The notes under the pieces are model-generated. The model did no database searches, had not been told where the DNA came from, and saw only the letters and a program-made list of their open reading frames with translations. Positions 1 through 11,704 of a stretch of 64,000 bases of DNA are shown here, one piece after another. Positions within the stretch are counted from its first letter, which is position 1. The number at the start of each line of letters is the position of its first letter. Both the position numbers and the translations under genes were made by a program. Origin of the DNA: Mytilus californianus (lineage: Eukaryota); assembly GCF_021869535.1 (NCBI RefSeq), contig NW_026262723.1, forward strand, positions 74,276,001-74,340,000, in the 5' to 3' direction.

Positions 1-73
1 TTTTAATAATCTTTTTGTATTTAATTAGGGCTCATATGTAAAATATTAGTTATCACATTAGCTTGTCTATTAA

Positions 74-663
74 GGTAGATGGGGGTCTAAATTAAAATCC
101 ATAGCACTTTTTTAATAATTTGTCAAAATGTAGTTATCATGCTTTTTTCCAAAATATAATAAAAAGTATGGGCCACCGGGCTTTTTTTCACGCTACAGGT
201 TGTGCAAAATTGTCAGATTTTGTATAGATTATGCATGGAAAACCCAATTTTGTGTGATATGAAGAATACTGCACTATAGAATTTTAAGATAGAATATGAG
301 AAGATAGCTCTAATAATATGCTTTCGGGGTCAACGGACTCGTTTTATTGCTACATATAAAAAAAGGTAAATTCACAACACATTATATTATAAAAATAACT
401 TTATCTGAGTTATCTCACCGTATATCTGAATTATCTCCCTTTATGTGGCAAAGTTGAAAAAAATATGAATCAAACAAAAATATTCTGTTTTATGTAAAAT
501 ACAGCCGTAAATATGATAAAACACATAATTTTCTATATTAACATGAAAAGTCTTACACATGAATTACATACTACTCTTGAAATTTGCACATTTCATTAAA
601 GATCTAGACCGATTGTTATCTGCAATTTCAAAATCCAAGATGGAGGAAGACACCCCAGCTACT
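74..663. mobile_element. Non-autonomous TIR element (MITE) with TTAA target duplication, Kolobok-like
   Basis: TTAA at 70-73 and 664-667, with imperfect TIRs GGTAGATGGGGGTCT / AGACACCCCAGCTACT. The homologous site beside copy 3 has a single TTAA (21222-21225). Confidence 0.75.
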
Positions 664-1063
664 TTAATTATTTTGAAATAAATACATAAACACCAAAGTG
701 GTGCCAAAAAATGTGATAATTTGCTGAAGGTATTGTCTTTGCAACACAAATATTTTGAGTTTTACAGTGCTTCTATCTGCTGGTGAATATAGTCAATGGT
801 GTACATCCATTATGTTCCACAGAAAGATGCCGTACGGTGACCTATAGCTAGTAACTTCTATGTCATTTGGACTCTGGTGGATAGTTCTCTCATTGGCACT
901 CATATCACATCTTCTTATTTTTATATAAGTACAACTTTGCAGTTGTGTTGAAAAATTGAGAAACTTTTACTATATTTTTAAAAGTTAAAAGTAAAAGATT
1001 AGCGTAATTAAATGCTAATATATGAAATAACCAATTACAGTACTAGTATCTTTTTATTTCTGC

Positions 1064-4000
1064 TTAAGGAGTTGGTGCGCAGAGGTAGTCTCCGGGAAGA
1101 AGCCCTCTTTTAACGACAGATGATGTAGTTGTGTATGGAAAACGTGTACATTTAAGACCACTTCCACAGCTACAGTGTCCGTTCACTTTGGAAAATGGAC
1201 TACACCGTGCTCCTTGAACGAGATATTTCTCACACCAACCACCTGAAAGAAAATATATATCTTGAATATGTTATATCAAGAGGTAAAGTTCTTATATGAA
1301 ACAAGAAGATAGTTAATGGTGGATTAATTATTGCTTACTTAATGTCAAGTCGAGCAGGATGTTTGCAATTTAAATTACATTGCTTTGAACACAAATGGAA
1401 ATAATAGAAAAAAATCTCATATTAGAATTTCTCATGGCAAAGTACAGACAAAAATGTATAGCCACCGGACGAATTTTCTTTTTCCATTGTAAATGTTTGT
1501 TTCCTTGAAGTTTCTTTTGTTCCTTTTTACGGAGTATTCCTTTCTTAATTGTGATAACTGCACGAGTGTTTTCACTGGCGTCTAAGGTTTCAATGAAAGT
1601 GGGATTTGTCTTTATCAATAGTTTGTTTACAACAGGTTTATATAGAACATAATTGGATAAAACAAGTTTTACTAAATTTTATACTTTATATTGATATTTA
1701 TTGAGGAAGTATGGTTCCACCTACAGGAATTAATTAGTAAAAGTATACTGACTGACTTTAAAAACTCAACACTCATTTTGTTGATTTTTTTTCCCACATC
1801 ATGTTTGATTCTCATACAACTACTATTAATGCTTACCATACTTCTTTCTCTTAAGAAATAATCAACATCTGACTTACCTGTGGTTATTGAACATACCGGA
1901 TTTTTGAAGTCGCACGAATTTCGTAAAGCGAAATTTGGAACCCATAAAAGATTTTTTCAGTTTGTTTTGCTTCGTGAAACAGTTCTTTTAATCCTTGGCC
2001 ACACTTAAATCAGTTTAAAAATGTTGCATCTACATATTGCCAAGACTGAGGAATAAAAAACTGAATCAGCCCATAAGAATACTGCAAACAAGAAAACGTG
2101 AACGTGCTGCAACCATACAGTTTGACTTCAGAAACCCGTCTTACTGTCCTTCCGACATCGATACAGGTAGACAGGATTTGTTGCTTACCATCAATGACCA
2201 GATCATCATGTAGTGACAATGCAACGTCAATAGAATTTGATTACGCAACGTCATTTGCGAGACATGTTTGCGGCCGCAACGTCAACTGCTTATCAAATTG
2301 TCGAATGTCATTGCACACAGATTCATGCCATAAACGTTTTCCATAACCTCAACTGCCAAAGAATCCACTGGAGAAAAACATTTAAAGCCCTGAAGTTTCA
2401 GCCGCATAATTGCCAAAACCCATTGTAATGGGTGGAACAAACGCATATTCAGAAGGTGTAAAACAGAACCCAAAACATGTGAAACAGAATTGGTTGATCT
2501 TTCTGACAATCATTTTGGCGTTTGTTACAGGCAGTCATTGCTTTTGACAGTGCCACATTCATTCAAAAATTTAAAAAGAATAATCTAGTGTTGCGTTTCT
2601 AAAGTCGGTCAGTATATGATACAATACCGGTATCCGCGAGCAAAGCATGTGCCTCCGTAACATTCCCCAATCCTCCCAGTATATGCACTCGTTAAAGAGT
2701 ATAATTTCAATTAAAGCTTTTCGAGGTTATATCATTTATAACGCAAACAAGTTTCAAAATGCTCTTTGGTCTATATTTCGTATTGGATAATTAAACTTTT
2801 ATTGTTCAATCATTGCATCTTATATTTTCGTGTTTTACTTCAATTCCATTATTTTTAGTTTAAAATAAGATTCAATGTGTCTTTTGTTTTCTGGTATAAA
2901 AATGTCATACAGATCAGAGATACTCTTGGCATTGCTCAGGATCCTATATTTTTAGGGTGTGAATGGTAGACAATTGATTTCATTCACAACTTTTCTATAA
3001 TAAACTCTTGACGATTTAGAGCTTGATCAAATAGAAGTATAGGCCTTTCGAAGTCTTGTGATTGTTTTAGTCTTGGGTTGCTGTCTCATGTATGTCTCAC
3101 ATCTTGGTTTACTTGTACGATAAAACTTTTTTTTTATTTGCAAATGCTTTTATTCATATTTGTAATCGGTTCTTTTTTTATTTATTGAACAAGTTTTAAA
3201 ATGAAATAAATATTTGATTTTATTGATATTGAGTAAAACAATATCGGCTAATGGAAGGCGAATCTATATTCCTCCCGTGTTGCTCCATATCTCTATTTCT
3301 ACCGACTCAGCTTATGGCTGAAGTTGTTTTTTACCTTGATGCATGGAATTAAAAGGCAACACATCTCTCTTGCTGACAATCATAGGTCCTTCGTGATAGT
3401 AACAACATTCATCTGATGCACATTCTGAATCTTGTCTACACATTGTCTTCTGGAAAATACATATGTTAATCAATTATCGTTTGATTTTTTAGCCAAAAAT
3501 AATTTTTTTTTTTTGCTGCACTTTCAGTTGTTAGCAAATACTCCTAATACACTTACCCATATAGGTTTATCCTTGTGTTCTAATTACCAGATGAAACAAG
3601 AGATTCAAATGATCTTTTTTTTCGAATATTATATTACAAATAAGTTAATCACATATATAATAATAAACATCATTTGCTAATAACGACTATACGGACCAAA
3701 GCAATAAATACAAATCAACAAATCATAGATTTATAAATTATAACAATAAACATACAATTACATTGCTAAACGTTAAGCAAGCAACAATCAATCAATCAAT
3801 CAATCAATTATCGAGATATCCGCAGTCACCTCCATTTTCTCCCTCAATGGCGGCCTAGTTTAGAAGGACCCGACTCCTCCTTCCACTCTCCAGGCCCAAT
3901 GAAGTTCAGCGATATTATTAATGAATAATGCATAGAAAATTAACATTTTTTTTGTAGCTTTTAGCTTTTTTGTTTTTGACTTGAGTCCCATCCAAACTGT

Positions 4001-4103
4001 TTACTGTCCTGGGTCTGTCCCCGATGCTTTTAAATACTGAAGTGAAACTTACCGCATGTATTGATACAACAACCAAGGAAATGATAGTCAATTCTTTAAA
4101 CAT
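1064..4103 (-). CDS. Prokineticin/astakine-like secreted 10-Cys peptide, copy 1 (3 exons: 4053-4103, 3335-3449, 1064-1242; 114 aa)
   Basis: GT-AG junctions with matching phases (0, then 1) give MFKELTIISLVVVSIHA-KTMCRQDSECASDECCYYHEGPMIVSKRDVLPFNSMHQGGWCEKYLVQGARCSPFSKVNGHCSCGSGLKCTRFPYTTTSSVVKRGLLPGDYLCAPTP*. Exon 1 is a 17-aa signal peptide. Cys spacing 5-4-0-25-9-9-1-5-22 compares with 5-4-0-11-9-17-1-5-9 in prokineticin-1, and CTRFP matches CSRFP. AATAAA lies at 1053-1058. Confidence 0.88.
1746..2614. mobile_element. 869-bp non-autonomous DNA transposon with TA target duplication (Tc1/mariner-like), in intron 2 of copy 1
   Basis: 28-bp TIRs TACTGACTGACTTTAAAAACTCAACACT / reverse complement TACTGACCGACTTTAGAAACGCAACACT (3 mismatches). 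TA flanks at 1744-45 and 2615-16. Empty TA site at 12385-86 in copy 2. Confidence 0.85.
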
Positions 4104-4140
4104 TTTCACTACTACTCTGCTCTTGGTGAATTCTATTTTG

Positions 4141-4235
4141 CACAAGTTAATAGACGATATAAATTTAGCATAACAGATAGAGTTTACAATGATAAGGACG
4201 TGACACGTTTACAGTACAACAAAAGTTTATCAACG
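4141..4235 (-). promoter_or_regulatory. Conserved proximal promoter block of the peptide genes (also about 14362-14460 and 24312-24405)
   Basis: TGATAAGGACGTGACACGTTTACAGTACAAC is identical in all three copies, although the introns of copy 3 are clearly diverged. It contains GATA-like (TGATAAG) and forkhead-like (GTTTACA) motifs. Confidence 0.45.
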
Positions 4236-5699
4236 TTGATTTGAACTGATTTATTGCTTCCGATTTTGCAGTCAAGTGTTGTCTTTTTACTACTTTTTCC
4301 GTAAATAGCTTAGTTTTTCTGGATATTTTGACTTTAATTTTTCCAAATCAGCCCCACATTGGACATTATGTTTTATATACTAAAGTTTATAGTGTTTTAG
4401 AAAAGTAGCATTAGCTATATTTCAGAGAGAGCACCTTTTTTAAGACCATACATCTATTGGATTTATTAGGTTTAAAAAGAAACTTTCACATGTTAGCATG
4501 TGAAAAAACTTCCCTTTTTGAATGTTCCTTGGAGTTCGGTATTTTTGTTATACAAAGTGAGTTTTCGATTTAATAAAAAATATTTTGAGCCCGCAAAATA
4601 ATAAGTGCCTGTCCTAAAGTCAGAATCCTCGTTTTGGTTGCATTTTCTTGTTCTCTTATATTTTTGGTATTTAAAAAATTTAGTGTTGAGGGAAGATTTG
4701 TTCGAGCATGAATTATGTTATAGTCACCTCACTAATGTCTTTGTAAAGGGAGGTCTTGATTGTTTTTCCTTCTTCAAGGTATAGACTTGAAAAAAATAAG
4801 AGAAATTCCAATGTTTCCTCCCACGTCCCCACCCCCCATTGAAAGAAAATGACCATAATTATTAATTTATTTATTTTTATATCTGTTCTTGTCTATACCA
4901 TTTTGCAAGGAAAGGTATCTCTATAGATAATTTATGAAGATAATAGTCAATAAAACAACAAAACTCTAAAAGAGCCAAAATTGCCCAAATGGGACCTTTA
5001 CTATAGAGTATATTCAGACACATTGCACTATTTGTTTTTTTTTTTTTTTTTTTTTATCTATTGTAGTTTCCAGGATAAACGCAAAATATTAAAAGCCGCT
5101 GACGTAAATCTTCACTTAGAAAAATTTAAAACACAACTCTCTATCTGTAAGAGACCAACAGGTCTCAGTAAACAATAAATAAATGCAGTTTTTTTTATGT
5201 TTTTTTAGACACCAATCTGATTAAATTACAGATATTGTGTGTTCAAGCTTTGCTTATGCCGATCTGAAAACGCTCCATTCTATTTTCTGTTTTAAAGACC
5301 ATTGGGATTCTCTGGTTTTGTCGGATAAATCCACACCTTCAAAAATATGGAGGCTGAAATTTCATTGGCTGATGTAATATTTACCAGAACAGAAAATAAA
5401 ATGAAGTGTTGTCAGATCCTTGTAACCAAAGCTTAGACAGATGATCTGTACATTTGTATCTTAATCAGATTGGTTAAGCACCGAATCTTCATCTAATGTG
5501 GGCAGGAGCACGTGTATTGCCTTGTGCTCAAGACAAACAAATTTTTCGACTTTAATAAAAAATAAGATGGTTATTTTTTTTTAATTTCATTATTGTTTTA
5601 TTTTTTCCCTCATTTAAAATGGAAACAAACTATTTCGCTTCCCTTCTGAAATAGATAAAATATCTTTCAAGTAATTTGGAATCAAACATTATTTCAGCT

Positions 5700-6100
5700 A
5701 TTTCAGTTGATATTTTATAGTGTGTCTTTCTATGTTGTGACGTTACACTATTGTTTCAGTAAAAGGGTGAAGGTTTGGTACCATTAAAACGTTTAAACCC
5801 GCTGCATTTGTTTGCACCTGTCCTAAGTCAGGAATCTGATGTTCAGTAGTTGTCGTTTGTTGATGTGGTTCATAAGTGTTTCTCGTTTCTCGTTTTTTAT
5901 ATAGATTAGACCGTTGGTTTTCCCGTTTGAATGGTTTTACACTAGTAATTTTTTGGGGCCCTTTATAGCTTACTGTTCGGTGTGAGTCAAGGCTCCGTGT
6001 TAAAGACCGTACTGTGACCTATAATGGTTTACTTTTATAAATTTTGACTTGGATGGGGAGTTGTCTCATTGGCACTCATACCACATCTTCTTATATCTAT
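5700..6100 (+). repeat. Interspersed repeat family A (Penelope-like pseudo-LTR)
   Basis: Matches 48215-48558, which sits 3' of an RT. Further copies or fragments: 830-925, 8640-8790(-), 11471-11566, 15322-15760(-), 44843-44910(-), 46300-46545, 58083-58398. Confidence 0.7.
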
Positions 6101-6228
6101 TAACAAAAAAACATGCCCCCCACTCACCAAGAAAAAATGGTTGGTACGTTAGCCCTGTTTACTTGAGTCTGGAGGTGTATATATGAGCGGCTTCCCACGA
6201 AACATTTTATATAGCGGGTTACTGTCTA

Positions 6229-6584
6229 GTGGCGGTGCTTTCGTGGTAGCATGTTCGCCTCGAGTGCGGGAGGTCGTTGGTTCGAACTCTGGCCGGATCA
6301 AAACCAAAGACTTTAAAATTGATATTTGCAGCTTCCCTGCTAAGCACGCGAAATTAAGGAGTATAAGAGTAAAGGCTGGTCTGCTCGGAATCAGAACAAT
6401 GTGTCCGGGTAAGGTGACATGTCTTCCTTCGGACTGTTACCTTGTGAACTAGCATGTTAAAAATCCGGCTCAGGGTGTCGGTCTAGTACAAAGCAGAGTT
6501 AATATTCATATCACATTAATATGTTCTCGTACGAATATACATATCAATTTGCCGCTGGACGTAACGCATCCATCCATAATCATC
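6229..6584 (+). mobile_element. tRNA-derived SINE (probably Meta-domain type)
   Basis: tRNA-like head with B box GGTTCGAACT (6279-88), a central TTTGCAGCTTCCCTGCTAAGCACGC..TTAAGGAG block and a short-repeat tail. Related tails occur at about 42080, 57045 and 61190(-). The domain name comes from my recollection of bivalve SINEs. Confidence 0.65.
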
Positions 6585-6698
6585 TAGTTGAAGCTGTGAA
6601 ATATATGCACGAAAACATAATAAAAAGCTGCACGCAAATGTAATGCACCGAGTTGAAGTTCATTCCATATATCCTTTAATTCATTTCGGGGGAGGGGG

Positions 6699-6970
6699 GG
6701 CGGCTCGGTGGCTGAGTGGTCTAAGTAATCGAACTACTGTATCACTTGCCTGTCAACACTTAGGTTGTGAGTTCGAATCCCGCACGTAGCAGGTAAGCTC
6801 GACTCCAATCTTAATTGACTAAAATTGCCAGTTTTCCTACCGAAGGTCGGTGGTTCTCTCCGGGCACTTCGGCTTCCTCTACCAATAATAAACTCATCGC
6901 CACGAAATAGCATGATAGTATTGAAATTAGCGTTAAACAACAATCAATCAACAAATTAATCAATCAATCA
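6699..6970 (+). mobile_element. tRNA-derived SINE (V-domain-like) with (CAAT)n tail
   Basis: A box TGGCTGAGTGG (6709-19), B box GTTCGAATCC (6771-80), core GGTGGTTCTCTCCGGGCACTTCGGCTTCCTC, CAAT tail. Confidence 0.7.
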
Positions 6971-6991
6971 TCCATACCGGTATAATTATGG

Positions 6992-8625
6992 ATTCTATAT
7001 CTATATCTTTATTCTCATTAAGCCAATGCATGACATCAGTACAGAGATAACAACAATAACTATTTACAATATATACAAAACAAGGGAGAGAGGTTACAAA
7101 AGTCACAAGCCAGGAGGACAAACACACGTGTTTATATTTTTTTATAAATGAACATAGCTTCTTCAGGACTGGTTTTCGAGTACTCGACATAAGTTCAGAG
7201 AATTTAACTGTATTTACTATTATGTCGTTGTACAAAATAGGATGATAAATACTCTTTACGTTTTTGATCGAAAAAAGTACATTCAAATATATAGCGATAT
7301 TCGTCTCCAATTTGTCGATTATTACATTGATTGCAAAAAAACGGTTTTCTCTAAATACGTTTTGCAACCTTCCTGTTTCAATAAGCAATTTGTTATTAGT
7401 CGTTCGAAATCGACAGAGAACAACGGCATCTTTAAAGTTCAAAATATTAAAATATTTCTCAAATTCCCGGTTTTTCTTTTAAATTGTAGATAATAGCTTT
7501 TGACGAATTTTGGATTAGCGAATTCCAATTCTGAAGAAACTGGTCTAACAATCTTTGCTTTATAACAGTTTTTAACCAGTCTTTATTAATGAAATTTTGT
7601 GTTTCCAATATATATGAGAAATCACAATTTTGAAATATTTTTTTTGACAAACAGAATCCATGTAGTCTGCATGTTATGATGACCGTTCATATGGCGAGAA
7701 AGTTAATATAATATAAACTAAAACTTTGTTTGTTTTCCGGATATCAAATTTGCCCAAAATAATACTGCTCGAACTTTTATATCTATGTCGACCGGATGGC
7801 GACCTAGTTCCCCGTAAACCATATAACTTGGTGTTGAGGATTTCAGATTTAAAAGTAATTTACAGAATTTTAAATGTATCTTTTCAAATGTATCATTATT
7901 ACTAAAACCCCATACTTAGCACCCATACAACAGAATGGGCTTGATTTTTTTGTCAAAAAGATCAAGCTGACATTTTACAGAAAGCTGATACATCCTTCCC
8001 ATTCTCTGGACTTCGTATATGGCTTTTAAGGCCTTATCGGATAAATGTTTGTTTGTCATATTAAAATTCCCTGTTTTAGTAAAAACAATTCCCAAATAGT
8101 TATACTGCTTTACTGTCTCAATGTTAGTGTTATTGTAAGAAAATTGGTTTTGTCAACGTTTACCTTCAATTTCAAAGCCTTACAATAATCATGGAAGGCA
8201 TTGAGTTGAGTCTGCAGGTCATGTGCTGTTTCGGCCAACAAAACCGTGTCATCTGCGTACAATATGATAAAAAACTTAAGATATATTTCTAATTCTCCTT
8301 CCAGATCTTCTGCTATAGTTTTAAGTCTTGTAATATTTTTACTGACTAAGAAATTTTCTTAGTCATTCAAAAGTAAAGAAAATATTAACGGTGATTAGTT
8401 TTCTCCTTGTCGTAGACCATTGTGACAAGCAAGGTATTCCGAATTACAATCATTATATGATATTCTAGATTTAATATCACTGTACATATTCAATATTACA
8501 TTATACATCTTACCATTTATATTATTCAATAAAACTTTATAAAACGAACCATCTCGCCATATTATGTATGAGTAGATAATTTTATAGCTATTGTTATGAA
8601 ATACTTTTAAAACTGACGGTGTCTT
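6992..8625 (-). mobile_element. 5'-truncated, decayed non-LTR retrotransposon (LINE) RT
   Basis: GLRQGEN*SP (in-frame stop), YADD (8248-8259), YLG, KPILLYG and C-terminal RFRTTNNKL.IETGR motifs, with stops and frameshifts. The 3' UTR has AATAAA and a (GATATA)2 tail near 6992. Confidence 0.85.
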
Positions 8626-9054
8626 TTGCAATGAATAGAAATAAGAAGATGTGGTATGAGTGCCAATGAGACAACTCTCCATCCAAGTCACAGTTTGTAA
8701 AAAGTAAACAATTATAGGTTAGAGTACGACTTTCAACACGGAGCCTTTGCTCAAACCGAAAAGCAAGCTATAAAGAGCCCCAAAATTTGTTTTATCATAT
8801 TTTCGCCGCAGCCGGAAATTTCTTCAACTAGCTCCTGTATTAATTGATCTTAATCTTCCTCCGAAATGTTTGAAACGTTGATTTTTGTTAAATTGCATTG
8901 TCTCGTTTTTCCTTTAAATTGCACTTTCGCTAGCGCTAGCTACAGATTTGAGCCGGGTGTATAGTTACTCCGCAGAATCAGATCGGAATCAGTTATGACG
9001 TATACAGTAATAATTCTAATCGTAATCATGTTCATTGACAATAACGACGATGAA

Positions 9055-10170
9055 AGGACATCATATAATGACGTTTCGACATCATATAGTGAAGAAAACC
9101 GAACCACATCATGTAAGATTACAAGCACATAATATAATGACACAACCACTTCATATAAAGATGTTTGCACTTAATATAAGGATATTTGCACATCATATAA
9201 GGATATTTGCACATCATATAAGTATATTTGCACATCATATAAGGATATTTGCACATCATATAAGTACATTTGCACATCATATAAGTAAATTTGCACATCA
9301 TATAAGGATATTTGCACATCATATAAGAATGTTTGCACATCATATTAGAATGTTTGCACATCATATAAGTACATTTGCACATCATATAAGAATATTTGCA
9401 CATCATATAAGTATATATGCACATCATATAAGTATGCTTGTACAGCATATAATGATGTTTGCACATCATATAATGATGTTTGAACATCATATAAGGATAT
9501 TTGCACATCATATAAGGATATTTGCACATCATATAAAGGTGTTTGCACATCATATAATGACAAGTGCACATCATATAAGGATATTTGCACATCATATATA
9601 AGGATATTTGCACATCATATAAGTATATTTGCACATCATATAAGGATATTTGCACATCATATAAGGATATTTGCACATCATATAAGTATATTTGCACATC
9701 ATATAAGTATATTTGCACATCATATAAGTATATTTGCACATCATATAAGTATATTTGCACATCATATAAGGATCTTTGCACATCATATAAGTACATTTGC
9801 ACATCATATAAGTATATTTGCACATCATATAAGGATATTTGAACATCATATAAGGATATTTGCACATCATATAAGAATGTTTGCACATTATATACGAATG
9901 TTTGCACATCATATAAGTACATTTGCACATCATATAAGAATATTTGCACATCATATAAGTATATATGCACATCATATAAGTATTTTTGCACATCATATAA
10001 TGATGTTTGCACATCATATAATGATGTTTGCACATCATATAATGATGTTTGAACATCATATAAGGATATTTGCACATCATATAAGGATATTTGCACATTA
10101 TATAAAGGTGTTTGCACATCATATAATGACAAGTGCACATCATATAAAGGTAAATGCACATCATATAATG
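9055..10170. repeat. 21-bp minisatellite (TTTGCACATCATATAAGGATA-type), about 50 units
   Basis: Near-constant TGCACATCATATAA core plus 7 variable nt. It explains the 7-aa-periodic ORFs at 9035-10374. Confidence 0.95.
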
Positions 10171-10714
10171 AAAATGGGCATAACAAGACAGTGGTGGCGT
10201 TCCATAGTGGCGTCTGTTACGCTGCGTTTGATATGTACAAATACGCAGCCACTTAAAATCGGGATAAGGGATGTTAAATCAATGCCTCGTTTAGGGCGAG
10301 TGGCACGCTTTTTGCAGATTAAAGAATTATTGCAACAACTCTACGGCGGCTCTGTATTTTTTAGGTTGTTCTAATGCTGTGCCGTTGCGCTGCTGTCTGA
10401 CGTTAGGGGAAATGTTGAGCGTTCAAAAACATGTTTAACGCCGCCTCATTCTTTATGTGCCAGTCTTAAGCCATTGGTTGTTGCTTATACACTTTGGAAA
10501 TCATACCACATCTCCTAATTTTTATTTGCATTAAAATTACCATATGCTCAATTTCCCTTTCTTTTGTTTGGGGTGATGGAACAGGGTTATTTTAATATCT
10601 GTCAATGTTTTCGTTGTATATTTTGGTTTCTTTTAATTCATTTTTAATAATCTTTTTGTATTTAATTAGGGCTCATATGTAAAATATTAGTTATCACATT
10701 AGCTTGTCTATTAA

Positions 10715-11304
10715 GGTAGATGGGGGTCTAAATTAAAATCCATAGCACTTTTTTAATAATTTGTCAAAATGTAGTTATCATGCTTTTTTCCAAAATATAA
10801 TAAAAAGTATGGGCCACCGGGCTTTTTTTCACGCTACAGGTTGTGCAAAATTGTCAGATTTTGTATAGATTATGCATGGAAAACCCAATTTTGTGTGATT
10901 TGAAGAATACTGCACTATAGAATTTTAAGATAGAATATGAGAAGATAGCTCTAATAATATGCTTTCGGGGTCAACGGACTCGTTTTATTGCTACATATAA
11001 AAAAAGGTAAATTCACAACACATTATATTATAAAAATAACTTTATCTGAGTTATCTCACCGTATATCTGAATTATCTCCCTTTATGTGGCAAAGTTGAAA
11101 AAAATATGAATCAAACAAAAATATTCTGTTTTATGTAAAATACAGCCGTAAATATGATAAAACACATAATTTTCTATATTAACATGAAAAGTCTTACACA
11201 TGAATTACATACTACACTTGAAATTTGCACATTTCATTAAAGATCTAGACCGATTGTTATCTGCAATTTCAAAATCCAAGATGGAGGAAGACACCCCGGC
11301 TACT
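10715..11304. mobile_element. Same TTAA-TSD MITE in the duplicated flank of copy 2
   Basis: Near-identical to 74-663 (offset 10641), with TTAA on both sides. Confidence 0.75.
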
Positions 11305-11704
11305 TTAATTATTTTGAAATAAATACATAAACACCAAAGTGGTGCCAAAAAATGTGATAATTTGCTGAAGGTATTGTCTTTGCAACACAAATATTTTGAG
11401 TTTTACAGTGCTTCTCTCTGCTGATGAATATAGTCAATGGTGTACATCCATTATGTTCCACAGAAAGACGCCGTACGGTGACCTATAGCTAGTAACTTCT
11501 ATGTCATTTGGACTCTGGTGGATAGTTCTCTCATTGGCACTCATATCACATCTTCTTATTTTTATATAAGTACAACTTTGCAGTTGTGTTGAAAAATTGT
11601 GAAACTTTTACTATATTTTTAAAAGTTAAAAGTAAAAGATTAGCGTAATTAAATGCTAATATATGAAATAACCAATTACAGTACTAGTATCTTTTTATTT
11701 CTGC

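Noticed and set aside
564-1618. Duplicated short ORFs (564..749 / 11205..11390 and 1370..1618 / 12011..12259)
   Set aside because: They are identical only because the DNA is recently duplicated. They fall in MITE, flank or intron sequence and are not retained in copy 3.
3918-4145. ORF-track peptides 3918..4145, 14130..14366 and 23566..23760 as single-exon proteins
   Set aside because: They are read-throughs of true exons into introns; the spliced model explains them with conserved donors and acceptors in three copies.
6229-6800. Possible tRNA genes
   Set aside because: A/B boxes are present but I could not fold a full cloverleaf. Both heads continue into SINE bodies and tails.
9055-10170. 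CRISPR-like pattern (constant core plus variable part); also considered for the 56-bp array
   Set aside because: The variable parts are only 7-8 nt and related to each other, there are no cas genes, and the DNA is eukaryotic.
9035-10374. Long His-rich (FAHHIRI)n and (YDVQISL)n / (YMMCKYP)n ORFs, up to 355 aa
   Set aside because: These are by-products of a 21-bp (multiple of 3) minisatellite: overlapping ORFs occur in several frames on both strands, a 2-nt slip near 9598 breaks them, and there is no signal peptide or splice context. Only expression data could rescue them.
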